Part shown: piece after piece, positions 1-10,207 of the stretch
Numbering within the stretch: position 1 is the stretch's first letter
Layout of the letters: the number at the start of each line of letters is the position of its first letter
Source: an uncultured cyanobacterium
GTDB lineage: Bacteria; Cyanobacteriota; Cyanobacteriia; Cyanobacteriales; Cyanobacteriaceae
Assembly (NCBI GenBank): GCA_963749915.1
Contig: CAVVOP010000005.1
Location: 256,001-320,000 of the forward strand
DNA: 64,000 nt
Direction: 5' to 3'
Made by a program: the position numbers and the translations under genes
Notes under the pieces: generated by a model
Told to the model about the DNA's origin: nothing
What the model saw: the letters and a program-made list of their open reading frames with translations, nothing else
The model's database searches: none

Positions 1-919
1 TGGATTATTAATGTACGGGATTCCTAACATGAAACTCGATAAAGAAAAAGTTGTCATGCGTCGTATTCGAGTTTTAGAGGAAGAGGGAATAAAATTCATC
101 TGTAGCACTGCTATCGGTAAAGATATTCCTGCCGAAACTTTAGTTAAAGAAAATGATGCCGTTATCCTTGCCATCGGTGCAGGAAAACCCCGTGATTTAC
201 CCATAGAAGGGAGATCACTCAACGGGATTCATTTTGCCATGGATTTTCTTACCGCTAACACCAAAGCCGTTTTAAACAAGAATCAAGAAGGTTTAATTTC
301 TGCTGAAGGTAAAGATGTCGTTATCATTGGCGGAGGAGATACAGGCACAGATTGTGTTGGTACATCCGTAAGACATGGTTGTAATAGTGTAACCCAGTTA
401 GAAATCATGCCTCAGCCCCCAGAAATGAGAGCAAAAAACAACCCTTGGCCCGAATATCCTAAAATTTATCGTCTGGATTATGGACAAGAAGAAGCTGCCG
501 CCAAATTTGGTAATGACCCTAGAGTTTATGTTACAACAGCCACCAAATTTGAAGGAGACTCCCAAGGTAACGTTATTGCCGTGCATACTGTGGAGGTAGA
601 ATGGGCAAGAGATGATCAAGGGCGTTTTATTCCTAACCCCATAAAAGGTACAGAAAAAAGATTACCAGCCCAATTAGTGTTACTAGCAATGGGTTTCCTT
701 GGTCCTGAACAGTTATTATTAGAACAGATGGGCTTAGAAAAAGATAATCGTAGTAATATTAAAGCCGAGTATGAAAAATATACCACCAGTATTCCTAACG
801 TATTTGCGGCAGGAGATTGTCGTCGGGGTCAGAGTTTGGTAGTGTGGGCATTTAATGAAGGCCGTGGTGTCGCCAAAGAGTGCGATCGCTTCCTGATGGG
901 CTATACGGATTTACCATAG
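1..919 (+). CDS. gltD: Glutamate synthase small subunit (5'-partial; starts before the window)
   Basis: Frame opens as [37 protein letters not shown] motifs typical of GltD. Confidence 0.95.
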   Translation, partial: GLLMYGIPNMKLDKEKVVMRRIRVLEEEGIKFICSTAIGKDIPAETLVKENDAVILAIGAGKPRDLPIEGRSLNGIHFAMDFLTANTKAVLNKNQEGLISAEGKDVVIIGGGDTGTDCVGTSVRHGCNSVTQLEIMPQPPEMRAKNNPWPEYPKIYRLDYGQEEAAAKFGNDPRVYVTTATKFEGDSQGNVIAVHTVEVEWARDDQGRFIPNPIKGTEKRLPAQLVLLAMGFLGPEQLLLEQMGLEKDNRSNIKAEYEKYTTSIPNVFAAGDCRRGQSLVVWAFNEGRGVAKECDRFLMGYTDLP

Positions 920-951
920 AAAATTATCAACCATTTATGTAGTTTTTTGTG

Positions 952-972
952 AGGGCTTTTTGCCCTTTTTTT
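952..972 (+). terminator. Probable rho-independent terminator after gltD
   Basis: agggc-ttttt-gccct hairpin followed by a T run. Confidence 0.7.
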
Positions 973-981
973 ATGTTTAAA

Positions 982-3303
982 TTAATTAATTTCAATAATT
1001 TCTCCTGCTTCTTTTTCGCTAATATTTCCATCTAATATTTTGTCAAAAAACTCATTTAAAGATATATCAATTCTCACTTGTCTTGTGGATATTGGATGAT
1101 ATTGTAAATTTTCACATAACTTTTTAGCATAATTATAAAGAGTTGAATTTTCTGTGACAAAATTAGTATCATTTTCTCGAAAAGTAAGTAAATAAATGAG
1201 AGTAATTAAAGCATTTTGTAGATAACCTCTATCTCTATCCTCACTAGGATTAAGAGTTAAACTATAGGTAATAATTTGATTAAAATGTTGCTCATAATCT
1301 AAGAATTGATCAGAATTATTAAAATCAAAATACCAGACTAAAATTCTAGCATAACCCCAAAGATAGTTTGCTATTTGATAAAATTGCTTATCTTCTCTCT
1401 CTGAATAAAAACTGAATAAATTGATAAACTTTTTCTGTCTCGATAACGTGCAAGACATCCTCGCCATATTCTGTAAGTAAATTTGAAAATTATTAATATT
1501 TAGTATATTTATTTTATTCTGTTCAAAAATATAATTTAATGACATATTTTTTGTTAAGGCATAACTTTTTCCTAAGAATAATAAAATATCTCCATAAGCA
1601 TTATTAATAGCATTTTTCTGATATTGACTCATCTTTCGTGAAAATCTTTGACTTAATTCCGATAAATTTTTATCCAATAAATTCTCCAATGATTGATAAA
1701 AATTCAGAAAATATTTTTGCTCAAAATTATTATTATCTATATTTAAAATTATCGGTAAAATATTTTGAGTATCTAATCTTAATTGACGAATTTTATCAGC
1801 TTTTTCGAATAAATTAGAAATAGTTAATATGTTTTTCCATAATTCTAATTTGTCTCGTAAAATGTCTTTATTTTGAGCTAATTTTTCAAAGCCTCTTTGA
1901 GAGATTTCTTGACGAAAATCAACAATCTTATCGTAAGGAATATAACCTAAAGTAATTTCTTCTCTATCTACTAAAGAAGATGTTAAAATGCGATCAAATT
2001 GATCAATAATTTCTAATTTTGGGTTTAATCCGGGTTGAAGACGAAAACGAATTTTTATCTTTAATTCTGGTGTTTTCTCAAAATATTGATTGTTAATTTG
2101 ATAAATTTGCTCTTTTTCCGTATCATCATTAATTAAAGGTTGTTCATTCACAGTAAAAGGCAAAGAAACCGTAGGCTTTAACAGAGGAAATTCATTAGTT
2201 ATAATTCCTTGATTATTAAGATATTCTCCATAGACAATAACTTCTTTTTCTCCTTCATAACAAATTTGGGAGGGGAGACTAATTTCCATGTCTTTATCTT
2301 CTCCTTTTCGGCGGACAAAAAAGCTGATATTATCTAAATGTTGCCCATAAAGTGGAAACTGTTTTTTTCTGGTTTCTTTCCAAATATTATCAAAATTATT
2401 TTCCTCTGTTTTAAGAATAATAAACTCATTACTCAGGGCATTATAAATGCTGGATATTTTGCCATAGTTAGTTAAAATAACAAAATGATATTGATCTTGA
2501 TTATTTTTAACAACTTCCCTTAACTTTTCTAGGGGAAAATTTTGCGAAATAATAGCACCTAAATCATTAACATCAAGATTATACTGATAATAGTTATTAT
2601 CTATTTTAATTAGTAAAGGTAAATTGACCGTATTATGATTAATGTGAGAAAAAATATTGATAGCTTTTAGATAATGGATAGTTTCCTGAAGATGACTAAT
2701 ATCGATTTTACATTGATGAATAATTTTATTAGCAATTTTTTCGCAAATATTGTCATAAATATTTTCATAATTAAGATTAAGATTTAAAAATTTATATTTT
2801 TCAAGATTGCGAGTATCAATGATAGGAATAGGATAAGGTGAATTAGGCGAATTTTCAAAAGTTAGGGGAGTAATTTGCTGAGGAGTAAAGCTGTCAAAGT
2901 CATAAATTATTATAGGTTTACCTGATTGGGCATAATTTTTAAATTGATTAGTATAACTCCAATAACGATAGACATTACTATAAAGATAACGAGAATTTAA
3001 TGCTCTTAAAACTAAAGAGTTTGCTTCCCGAATAATAAAAATTTGCTCTGAATTATCGTCATTGATAGAAAATCCTAATTTTTGTTTGATGATAGAGTTT
3101 TCACGAGGTTTTAATTGTTGAGGAAAACTAGAAGTAATAGCAGGAAGCGGCAAAAATTCTCGATGACTATAGGAATGATAAAAGTTTTTATAAGCTAAAG
3201 GTAATGAATGATTATCAGGGATTAATTTTTGGGAGGATTTACCAAAAAGTTCGGCATATTGACAACATTCAAGATAAGATTCAAGGTTAAAAAATCTAGT
3301 CAT
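982..3303 (-). CDS. 773-aa hypothetical protein, last gene of the McrBC-like locus
   Basis: Long ORF in very AT-rich DNA, 24 bp from the PLD gene; no motif recognised with confidence. Confidence 0.8.
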   Translation of the reverse strand: MTRFFNLESYLECCQYAELFGKSSQKLIPDNHSLPLAYKNFYHSYSHREFLPLPAITSSFPQQLKPRENSIIKQKLGFSINDDNSEQIFIIREANSLVLRALNSRYLYSNVYRYWSYTNQFKNYAQSGKPIIIYDFDSFTPQQITPLTFENSPNSPYPIPIIDTRNLEKYKFLNLNLNYENIYDNICEKIANKIIHQCKIDISHLQETIHYLKAINIFSHINHNTVNLPLLIKIDNNYYQYNLDVNDLGAIISQNFPLEKLREVVKNNQDQYHFVILTNYGKISSIYNALSNEFIILKTEENNFDNIWKETRKKQFPLYGQHLDNISFFVRRKGEDKDMEISLPSQICYEGEKEVIVYGEYLNNQGIITNEFPLLKPTVSLPFTVNEQPLINDDTEKEQIYQINNQYFEKTPELKIKIRFRLQPGLNPKLEIIDQFDRILTSSLVDREEITLGYIPYDKIVDFRQEISQRGFEKLAQNKDILRDKLELWKNILTISNLFEKADKIRQLRLDTQNILPIILNIDNNNFEQKYFLNFYQSLENLLDKNLSELSQRFSRKMSQYQKNAINNAYGDILLFLGKSYALTKNMSLNYIFEQNKINILNINNFQIYLQNMARMSCTLSRQKKFINLFSFYSEREDKQFYQIANYLWGYARILVWYFDFNNSDQFLDYEQHFNQIITYSLTLNPSEDRDRGYLQNALITLIYLLTFRENDTNFVTENSTLYNYAKKLCENLQYHPISTRQVRIDISLNEFFDKILDGNISEKEAGEIIEIN

Positions 3304-3327
3304 AGTTTTATACTTTCAGTTAGTTAG

Positions 3328-4983
3328 TTAATTAAAAATTTGTTTAAGTTGAGAGATAATTACTTTAATTTCTTCGAGGTTAGTAGTCTTATAGGTTAAG
3401 TCAAATAATGGGTTACGATTAAAAGCAAAATCTTGACTACTTAGATAAGCAATTTCCCTACCAATCAAGACAATTTTGCTATGAAGATGATAAACTTTTT
3501 TGGCTTTTAAGTTACTACTGTTAAAGTTACTATAAAAAATCAGATGAGGAATTTTTCTAAGTAGGTTTACTTGTTGACTATTCGGCATAAAGTTACGAGT
3601 AACAATGATAACTTTATCTTGAGGATTATCGTTAAAGTTTTGTAAGGAGATAGTTAAGTCTTTTTCATATTCACAAGAGTTTAAAAAGCCATTATTTTTA
3701 GGTGATTTAGCCTTATGGGAAATTAAACTTTCGACACGATAACCTTCCGCCGAAGGAGTAGTTTTAGCAATGGTTTCGTGTTGCCAAAGATAATCAAAAT
3801 AGTCGATTAAAAATTGATGTTGCGAGTTATTTTGCCAGATTATTCCTCCTTCAATATTTCGGTTTAAACTTCCTCCCGTCAAATTACATGAACCCAAATA
3901 AGCACCTTGTTCGCTAATATAGGTTTTAAGGTGAAAATTGCCACTGCGAAATCTGACTTTTGCTTTTGTCAAAATTTGTAAACATTCTTGTTTGAGTTGA
4001 TCAGAATGGGCATATTCTGATTTATCATTTTTTTCATCTTCCATGTTAAAATCAACTCGATCTTGCACTTTTTCACTCAAATCTGTTAATATCCAAACTC
4101 CGAAGGGTAACTCTTGACTTTTTTTGGCGATTAAATTGACAATTTCGACATCTTCAAGGCGATAACTACTTATTAATAAAAATTGTTTTGCCTTATCAAT
4201 TAACTCCTCCAAAAATTGACGATGATTACCTTTTTTTATATAAATTTTAGATGAATTAAGAGTTTGATTTTCAATGGTAAAATCAGGAATAATGCCGTAT
4301 TTTTTTTGATAGTTAATCACGAGAAAATTATTGCAGCAAGTTTTCGGATTATTGGTTAAGATTTCTATCGTTTCTTTTTGTTGAGGAGACAATTCTTGAC
4401 GATAAAAAATTGCAAGGCAGTTGTTAGGTAAATAAATAGAAAATTCTTGACTTTTGGTATTTTTAACAAAATTTTCGATGACGGCTAAGGGATTATTCGT
4501 TATAAAAAATTGTAAATAATTAACCGCTATAGTTTTGACATTTTCTAAAATAGGATTGTCTATATTATTAGATAAGTCGAGGTGATAAAAACTTTCGACA
4601 AAATCGATTAAATTGTCAGGAATTTGGGCATCATTAGAATTAAGAGAAAAAGGTGTAAGTTGGCATTGTGATTCAGGAATAAATTGATAACTAAATTTGA
4701 GAGGTTGTAAGTTTTCTTCCGCCGATGTTAACAAAGGAAGCAAAATATTTTTAGTTAGTAAAGAAGAGTTGGTAACTTTTTTGGCTAACAAACCGTTAAA
4801 ACTATTTACCGATAAAATATTTAAGCCAAAACCTTGATAAACTTTCGAGACAGAGTAAATTTTTTCTTCATTGGCAATATGATAAATAGTCTTTACCAAA
4901 TTATCGAGATTCGTTTCCGTCACCGTTTGATTATCAAGAGGATGTTTGCTATATTTACCCTTTATCTTCCAAAATATTTTCAT
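3328..4983 (-). CDS. Phospholipase D-family (PLD-like nuclease) protein with two HxK-type motifs
   Basis: FHLKTYISEQGAYLGSCNLT...NIEGG and LHSKIVLIGREIAYLSSQD. Confidence 0.8.
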   Translation of the reverse strand: MKIFWKIKGKYSKHPLDNQTVTETNLDNLVKTIYHIANEEKIYSVSKVYQGFGLNILSVNSFNGLLAKKVTNSSLLTKNILLPLLTSAEENLQPLKFSYQFIPESQCQLTPFSLNSNDAQIPDNLIDFVESFYHLDLSNNIDNPILENVKTIAVNYLQFFITNNPLAVIENFVKNTKSQEFSIYLPNNCLAIFYRQELSPQQKETIEILTNNPKTCCNNFLVINYQKKYGIIPDFTIENQTLNSSKIYIKKGNHRQFLEELIDKAKQFLLISSYRLEDVEIVNLIAKKSQELPFGVWILTDLSEKVQDRVDFNMEDEKNDKSEYAHSDQLKQECLQILTKAKVRFRSGNFHLKTYISEQGAYLGSCNLTGGSLNRNIEGGIIWQNNSQHQFLIDYFDYLWQHETIAKTTPSAEGYRVESLISHKAKSPKNNGFLNSCEYEKDLTISLQNFNDNPQDKVIIVTRNFMPNSQQVNLLRKIPHLIFYSNFNSSNLKAKKVYHLHSKIVLIGREIAYLSSQDFAFNRNPLFDLTYKTTNLEEIKVIISQLKQIFN

Positions 4984-5065
4984 AACTTTATCCTTATTTA
5001 ATTTATCAAAAACTTTATACCTTTCTTTGCGTCTTTGCGCCTTTGCGAGAAAAAATCTTATAATT

Positions 5066-6460
5066 TTAAATTAAAGTTATATCTCGAATGACATCAAATG
5101 TGTTTTTGTTAAATAAATCTGCAAATACTGAATTTTCATAATAAGTCTTATCTCCAAAAATAATAATCTGATTTTTTCCCCTTGTTAAAGCTAAATGTAA
5201 ATCTTTTTGACTGATTTGATAAGAGTCATTTTTATCACAAATAATTAAAACATTTTCCCATTCTTCCCCATAACATTCTCTGATTAATTTGATATGAGTG
5301 TAAATCCCTAAATTAGCTAATTTTTCTTGTAAAAGATTCCGACTATTTTCGGTAAAAGTAACTACTTGATAATCCTTATTAAAATTAGAGAAGGTATCTT
5401 GCAAAATTGTCAATAATTGCTCATCATTAATAATATCATGCCAAATTAAACAATTTTTTTCTCCCGTAAAACTGTTAACATTCCATTCGTTGAAATTTCC
5501 ATAACTATCATTTCCGTAAATAATCGGTAAAATTTTTAAGGCAAGTTGTGGATTAAGGCGATAATTTTGCTTAATTTCTAAACGATAAGCTGGAGATAAA
5601 CTATAAAATAGCTGATTAAATCTATTCTCTCTATTTGCTAACAACTCCCCGAAGAAAACTAACTTTTCACTATAATTTGCTAAAATTTCGATTGTCTCTT
5701 TCTCTAAGTTATGACTATCATCAGCGATGACTAAATCAAAGGTTGTGTTTTCTAAAAAATTAAGATATTTTTCTTGACAAATTACGGGAATTTTCAGGGA
5801 GTTTATCGCCATTGTTGTTAATTCTTCTAAGGCGGTATCGGAAAGATATTGATAACTCTGTTTTAAATACTCTTTTCTCTCTAATAAATTCCTCGATTGT
5901 TGGATTTTTTTCAATAATAATAGTTGACGAGTTTTACTGCTGTTAGAAAATTCTTTTTCAATTTTTTCGCTTAATACTTTTATATCGTTTTCGTCGAGAA
6001 TATTTAACCATTTTTGCGGATTCATTGCTATTTTTTCAAAAAGACTATCAGGCAAAAAATAATTAGGAGTAAAGTTAAGGTTAGGGTTAGTAAAATTTTT
6101 CTTTAACCATGCTTTAAATAATTGACGATATTCTTGATTATTCCTAATTTCTAAAGGCATTAATTCCAGTTTTTGATAGCGGTTTAAGCTACTTTCATAG
6201 GGAGAAATAATTAAAACTGATTTCTGATTTGCGATCGCAATATTTGCTATATTATGGATTATCTTACTCTTACCACTTCCTGATATTCCTGCGATGGTGA
6301 CTAAAGGAGAGTTAGAAAGACATAATTCTATCGCTTGTTTTTGTTGAGGGTGAAAAGGAAAATTACCGTTATATGTCGGTAAATTTAATGACACTCTTTC
6401 GGGAATAAAACTAAAGGGTTTTTCTATGATTCTGTTGAGTATTTCTAAAGATAAATTCAT
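5066..6460 (-). CDS. Superfamily 1 (UPF1/DNA2/NAM7-like) helicase-like protein, degenerate
   Basis: Q-motif QQKQAI, Walker A GISGSGKS, Walker-B-like LVIADDSH, QNYRLNP, motif VI LALTRGKNQIIIFGD. Confidence 0.75.
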   Translation of the reverse strand: MNLSLEILNRIIEKPFSFIPERVSLNLPTYNGNFPFHPQQKQAIELCLSNSPLVTIAGISGSGKSKIIHNIANIAIANQKSVLIISPYESSLNRYQKLELMPLEIRNNQEYRQLFKAWLKKNFTNPNLNFTPNYFLPDSLFEKIAMNPQKWLNILDENDIKVLSEKIEKEFSNSSKTRQLLLLKKIQQSRNLLERKEYLKQSYQYLSDTALEELTTMAINSLKIPVICQEKYLNFLENTTFDLVIADDSHNLEKETIEILANYSEKLVFFGELLANRENRFNQLFYSLSPAYRLEIKQNYRLNPQLALKILPIIYGNDSYGNFNEWNVNSFTGEKNCLIWHDIINDEQLLTILQDTFSNFNKDYQVVTFTENSRNLLQEKLANLGIYTHIKLIRECYGEEWENVLIICDKNDSYQISQKDLHLALTRGKNQIIIFGDKTYYENSVFADLFNKNTFDVIRDITLI

Positions 6461-6509
6461 GTTGTCTGTGATTTTTAATATCTAATGTTTAATTTTTCAT
6501 TATTTGTTT

Positions 6510-8068
6510 TTAAATCAATTTTTTAAGCCAATAACAAATCTTTTTAGTTAATAACGTCACTCCTGTTTCTAAATTTTCCTCGAAAGGATTGGGAATTTTA
6601 ATTAAAGTAATATTAGATAAGTTATCCTCCTCATTGTCATTAAAATCTGTGAGATAAATTACCACTGGAAAATCTGATTGTTGTTTTATATTTTCTAAAA
6701 TTTTGAATGAAGGTTTATGCCAAAAAATCCAAATAGGAATAATCACTGAATCTGGATTTTCTTGAGTATTTCCTAAAAGATGACGGGTAACTTTTAAGGT
6801 TAAATCTCCTTTTCTGATGTCTTGATGACGTTGAATGTCAAAGGAAAAAACCACCGTTTGTAAAAAACAAGATACGGTTAAGGGTTTCTTGTCTAATTCT
6901 TTTAAATATTTGCCATAACTAGGCACATCTAAAATATCTGTATGGTGTCTAAAGGTTTAATATAACTTCCTTCCAGATTCAGTAAACTACCTAATAATAA
7001 AATTGCTACCACATCAATTAAAAGATTGTTACGAAAACTCCAGATTTTTTCCTTCTCACTAAGTCTTTTTAAATAGTCTTGATAGGCTTGATAAAAACTA
7101 CGATAAATAGGATTTTGTTGCAAAACATAGTTAGGTTTTACCGTAAAAGTTGCTGAAACTGGAATTGATTTTACACTTTCTTCTTGACGGAATTTGTTAA
7201 TCGCCCTTTCCAAAGATTTAGCCTCAGAATAACTATCTCGATAATCTCGACAATCTAAGTGTAATAAGTTACAAAAACCTTTTAAAAAACGATTCTCAGG
7301 AGTGTTAAAGTTTTGGTAACGTTTAATACCCATTAATTCCTGTCTCGCCCCAGCTTTTTCTATGGCATTTTTACCCGATTTTTTTACATAATCTCGCAGA
7401 CAATAAGCATCCATTTCTTGAATATTTCCTAATGGCATCATCTCCGCTTTACGATTAAGTTGTGATCTCAATTTTGGTGCAATTAACTCTAATTTATGTC
7501 TTAGTTTATACCTTTTATTTAAGGCTAAAACAAGGGGTAAACGAGCATCTTCTTGACTTAATTTTGCTAAAGAATCAGGAATTTTTAACGGATATAAAGG
7601 GTGTCTATAATCTTCGGATAAAAGAGAAAATAAACTAATAAATAAATTAATAATCTCCGCCGTATTTCTATTACATTTTCCCCCTAACTCTTCTTGTAAA
7701 TTAATAGCTAAATTTTCATCATTAGTAATTTGAGTTTCATCAAAAATATCATCTTCTAAAGTGAGATAAAAAATTTCTCCTTGATTAGTTTCAATTATTA
7801 CAGATTTAGTGACACTTTTATTCGTTTCCCAATCTCTAACTTCTACCCAAGGAAAACCAATTTCATAGACTCCCTCTCCTCTTTCTATTAAAAAGTTATA
7901 TTCCGGTTTTAACTTCTCTTTTTCTAAAACTAACACAGGTCGATCGCATCCTCTTAAATATAAGGAATTATCTGGATTAAATTCCCAAGGGCGATTAAAT
8001 AAATAATCAGTCAAACTAGCATAAAAAAGCATAATTTTAGAAGATATAACTGTAGGATTAATTCTCAA
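6510..8068 (-). pseudogene. DUF2357 / McrC-like partner of McrB, apparently split by a +1 frameshift near 6935 (ORFs 6929-8068 and 6510-6926)
   Basis: QEMDAYCLR, NTPENRFLK and PNYVLQQNPIYR motifs of DUF2357-type McrC N-domains; removing one base near 6935 joins ...DTIQ-ILDVPSYGKYL. Confidence 0.65.
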
Positions 8069-8107
8069 AACTGAAAAGATTAATAATTGTTAATTATTAA
8101 TTATTAA

Positions 8108-9667
8108 TTAATAAACCATTCCTTTCCATTGAAATTGTCCATATTGCCCTTCACAAGCCTTTTCAAAAGCGCGATTTAAAGGCTCATCTTGCAACTCATT
8201 AATTAGGGTTTTAAGCTCATCTAAATGAGGTTTTACGTTGCTATCTTCTACCATTATGCCCCTCAATTTAGGTAATAATTTTTGTCCAAATTGATCAGCG
8301 ATCGCACTTTTCATGATAGACTGATCATGATGAGCATTAGGATAATTAGCCACATATTTAGCAATACCCTGATAAACTCGATGGGCAAAAGGACGACCCA
8401 ATTGTTCCATAATATTATTAGCACGATCGTACATAATCTTTTACTATATCAGTATGCCCCTGTAGTGGCTCATTAATCCAACCTTTAAAATTATCCCAAG
8501 ACAAGTATTCTGTGGGAATTGGAAGATTATCGTTTCTGTCACCTCTTAACTTTAATTCTGTAGGTCGCCCAAAAGTAAGAACATTTGCTCTATCTAAAAC
8601 CTTATCCGAGAGAGATTGAGTGGTTTCATCCTCATTCATTGTGCCTACAAACAAAAATTCTTCGGGGATTTTCACCCTTCTTTCATTTTGAGGAAGTTTG
8701 ATACTACCGATTTCAATGTCTAAATAAGTAGGTTTATTGCGTCTTGTTTCCAATTTCGAGAGAAAATCACTGAAATAATACTCTACCCTTGCCAAATTCA
8801 TTTCATCTAACAACACCAATACCATACGCCCATTAAAATTATTATCATGCTGATGTTGATAAAGATAGTGCATTAATTCTGTCGGTTTGTATTTCTTTTC
8901 GATATAGTTGTAAAATCCCTGTAAATCTTGGGGTGAATCCCAACGAGGTTGCACTGGTAGCATTACCAACGGTGCACCAATAAATTCGCTGTAGGCTTGG
9001 GGTAATTCGCTTTTTCCCGTGCCACTAATACCTGCTAAAATAACTAAAGCCGAAATATCTTGCACTTTCAAAGAGGTATGAAAAGCCTTAATAATCCTTT
9101 CAGGAAATACTAAACCTTTCTTGTTCAAATAGTTATTAAATTGTGTTAAAAAATCTGTTTCCGAAGCAAAATTTTTAATTTCTTTAGCCTTAATATCTAT
9201 AGAAATTTGTAAAGCTTGAAGAGCTTGTTTTGCACTATTTTCTATATCTTCTATATCTTCTTTTAATTGACAAATTTTCTCTTCTAATTCTTTTATTTTT
9301 ATCTCTCTAAACTCAATTTCCTGCTGTATTTCTTGTTGAATTTGTTTTAATCGTACCTCTTTCCATTCAATTTCTTGTTTGATTTCTTCTTGAATTTGCC
9401 CTAATTTTCTCTCTTGTCGTGTAATTTCGTTCTGATTACGGGCAATATCATCCTCTAAATTTGCCCTTTCAGAATCTAAATTTTCAATTTCACGTTTTAG
9501 ACTCCTTTTTTGTCCTTGAAAAATCATAACTTGTGCCGATAAATCTTCAATTTCAACCCTTAAATTTTCAGCAATTATCGCCTTTCCTTCTGATTCTTGA
9601 ATAACTTGTAAAAGGCGACTTTTTTCTTCTTCTAAACGAGGAATTTCTAACGCTAAATTATTTTTTC
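8108..9667 (-). pseudogene. Coiled-coil McrB-like AAA+ GTPase; 5'-truncated by an IS end and frameshifted near 8429
   Basis: Long heptad E/K/Q/I-rich coiled coil, Walker A GISGTGKS, PVQPRWDSPQDL, Walker B LLDEMNLARVEYYFS, GTMNEDE (NxD), SDKVLDRA; removing one base near 8429 joins ...KDYV-DRANNIMEQLGR. Confidence 0.8.
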
Positions 9668-9683
9668 GTAAGCGTTCAGGGGG
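9668..9683. mobile_element. IS66-like terminal inverted repeat (isolated end) at the McrB truncation point
   Basis: GTAAGCGTTCAGGGGG; IS66-family ends begin GTAA(G)CG. Confidence 0.6.
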
Positions 9684-9743
9684 TAACGAAATGTGGTAGT
9701 TTAGGGAAATGCAACAAAAGCAACTACTAAAGACTAATTTTTT

Positions 9744-9995
9744 GTAACCGTTCAGGGAGGTAGCAAATTTCCCTAAACCTAAAAAGCCAAACACCTGATT
9801 GATTCAATAGGGTTTTAGCGAATTATTAGTCTATAAATAAAGTCTGCCCAAAATGGCAAAAAAATATATCAAGGAGGGTAATAGCACTTTTAACTATTAA
9901 AAATAATACGAAAAAAATCATATTGAGCCTAGTTTTCGTACTGATCTCCCTCGATTTAATATAGAGCATTTTTTACGCCCCCCTTGAACAGTTAC
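9744..9995. mobile_element. IS66-derived MITE (~252 bp)
   Basis: Ends GTAACCGTTCAGGGAGG ... CCCCCCTTGAACAGTTAC; flanks aatttttt / aattttta (7/8 match, consistent with an 8-bp TSD). Confidence 0.65.
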
Positions 9996-10078
9996 AATTT
10001 TTATAAGTATATCAAATTGTAAGTACCTTGTCTTATGCTATGCTATTTTGACAAAAAAAATACGCAAGAAAATAACCC

Positions 10079-10107
10079 TTGTCAAGGGAGCTGATCAAAG
10101 TTACAAT
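10079..10107 (+). promoter_or_regulatory. Candidate sigma70-type promoter for rpsT
   Basis: TTGTCA-17 bp-TACAAT. Confidence 0.5.
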
Positions 10108-10207
10108 AGATGATCTGAATATTCCGTGAACAAAACTGATAGATTCCTGTTCCTAAGGTTTTTGTCTGAATATATTTAATTAAAGTAATCCATATAAGAA
10201 TAAGATA

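Noticed and set aside
5026..5050. ctttgcgtctttgcgcctttgcgaga and other short tandem heptamer/octamer repeats (e.g. 11401, 57218)
   Set aside because: Ordinary cyanobacterial short intergenic tandem repeats; no evidence of a specific function.
9668..9794. N-terminal 41 aa of ORF 8418-9794 as a genuine McrB start or TM segment
   Set aside because: It is translated from IS-end/MITE DNA; chance read-through.
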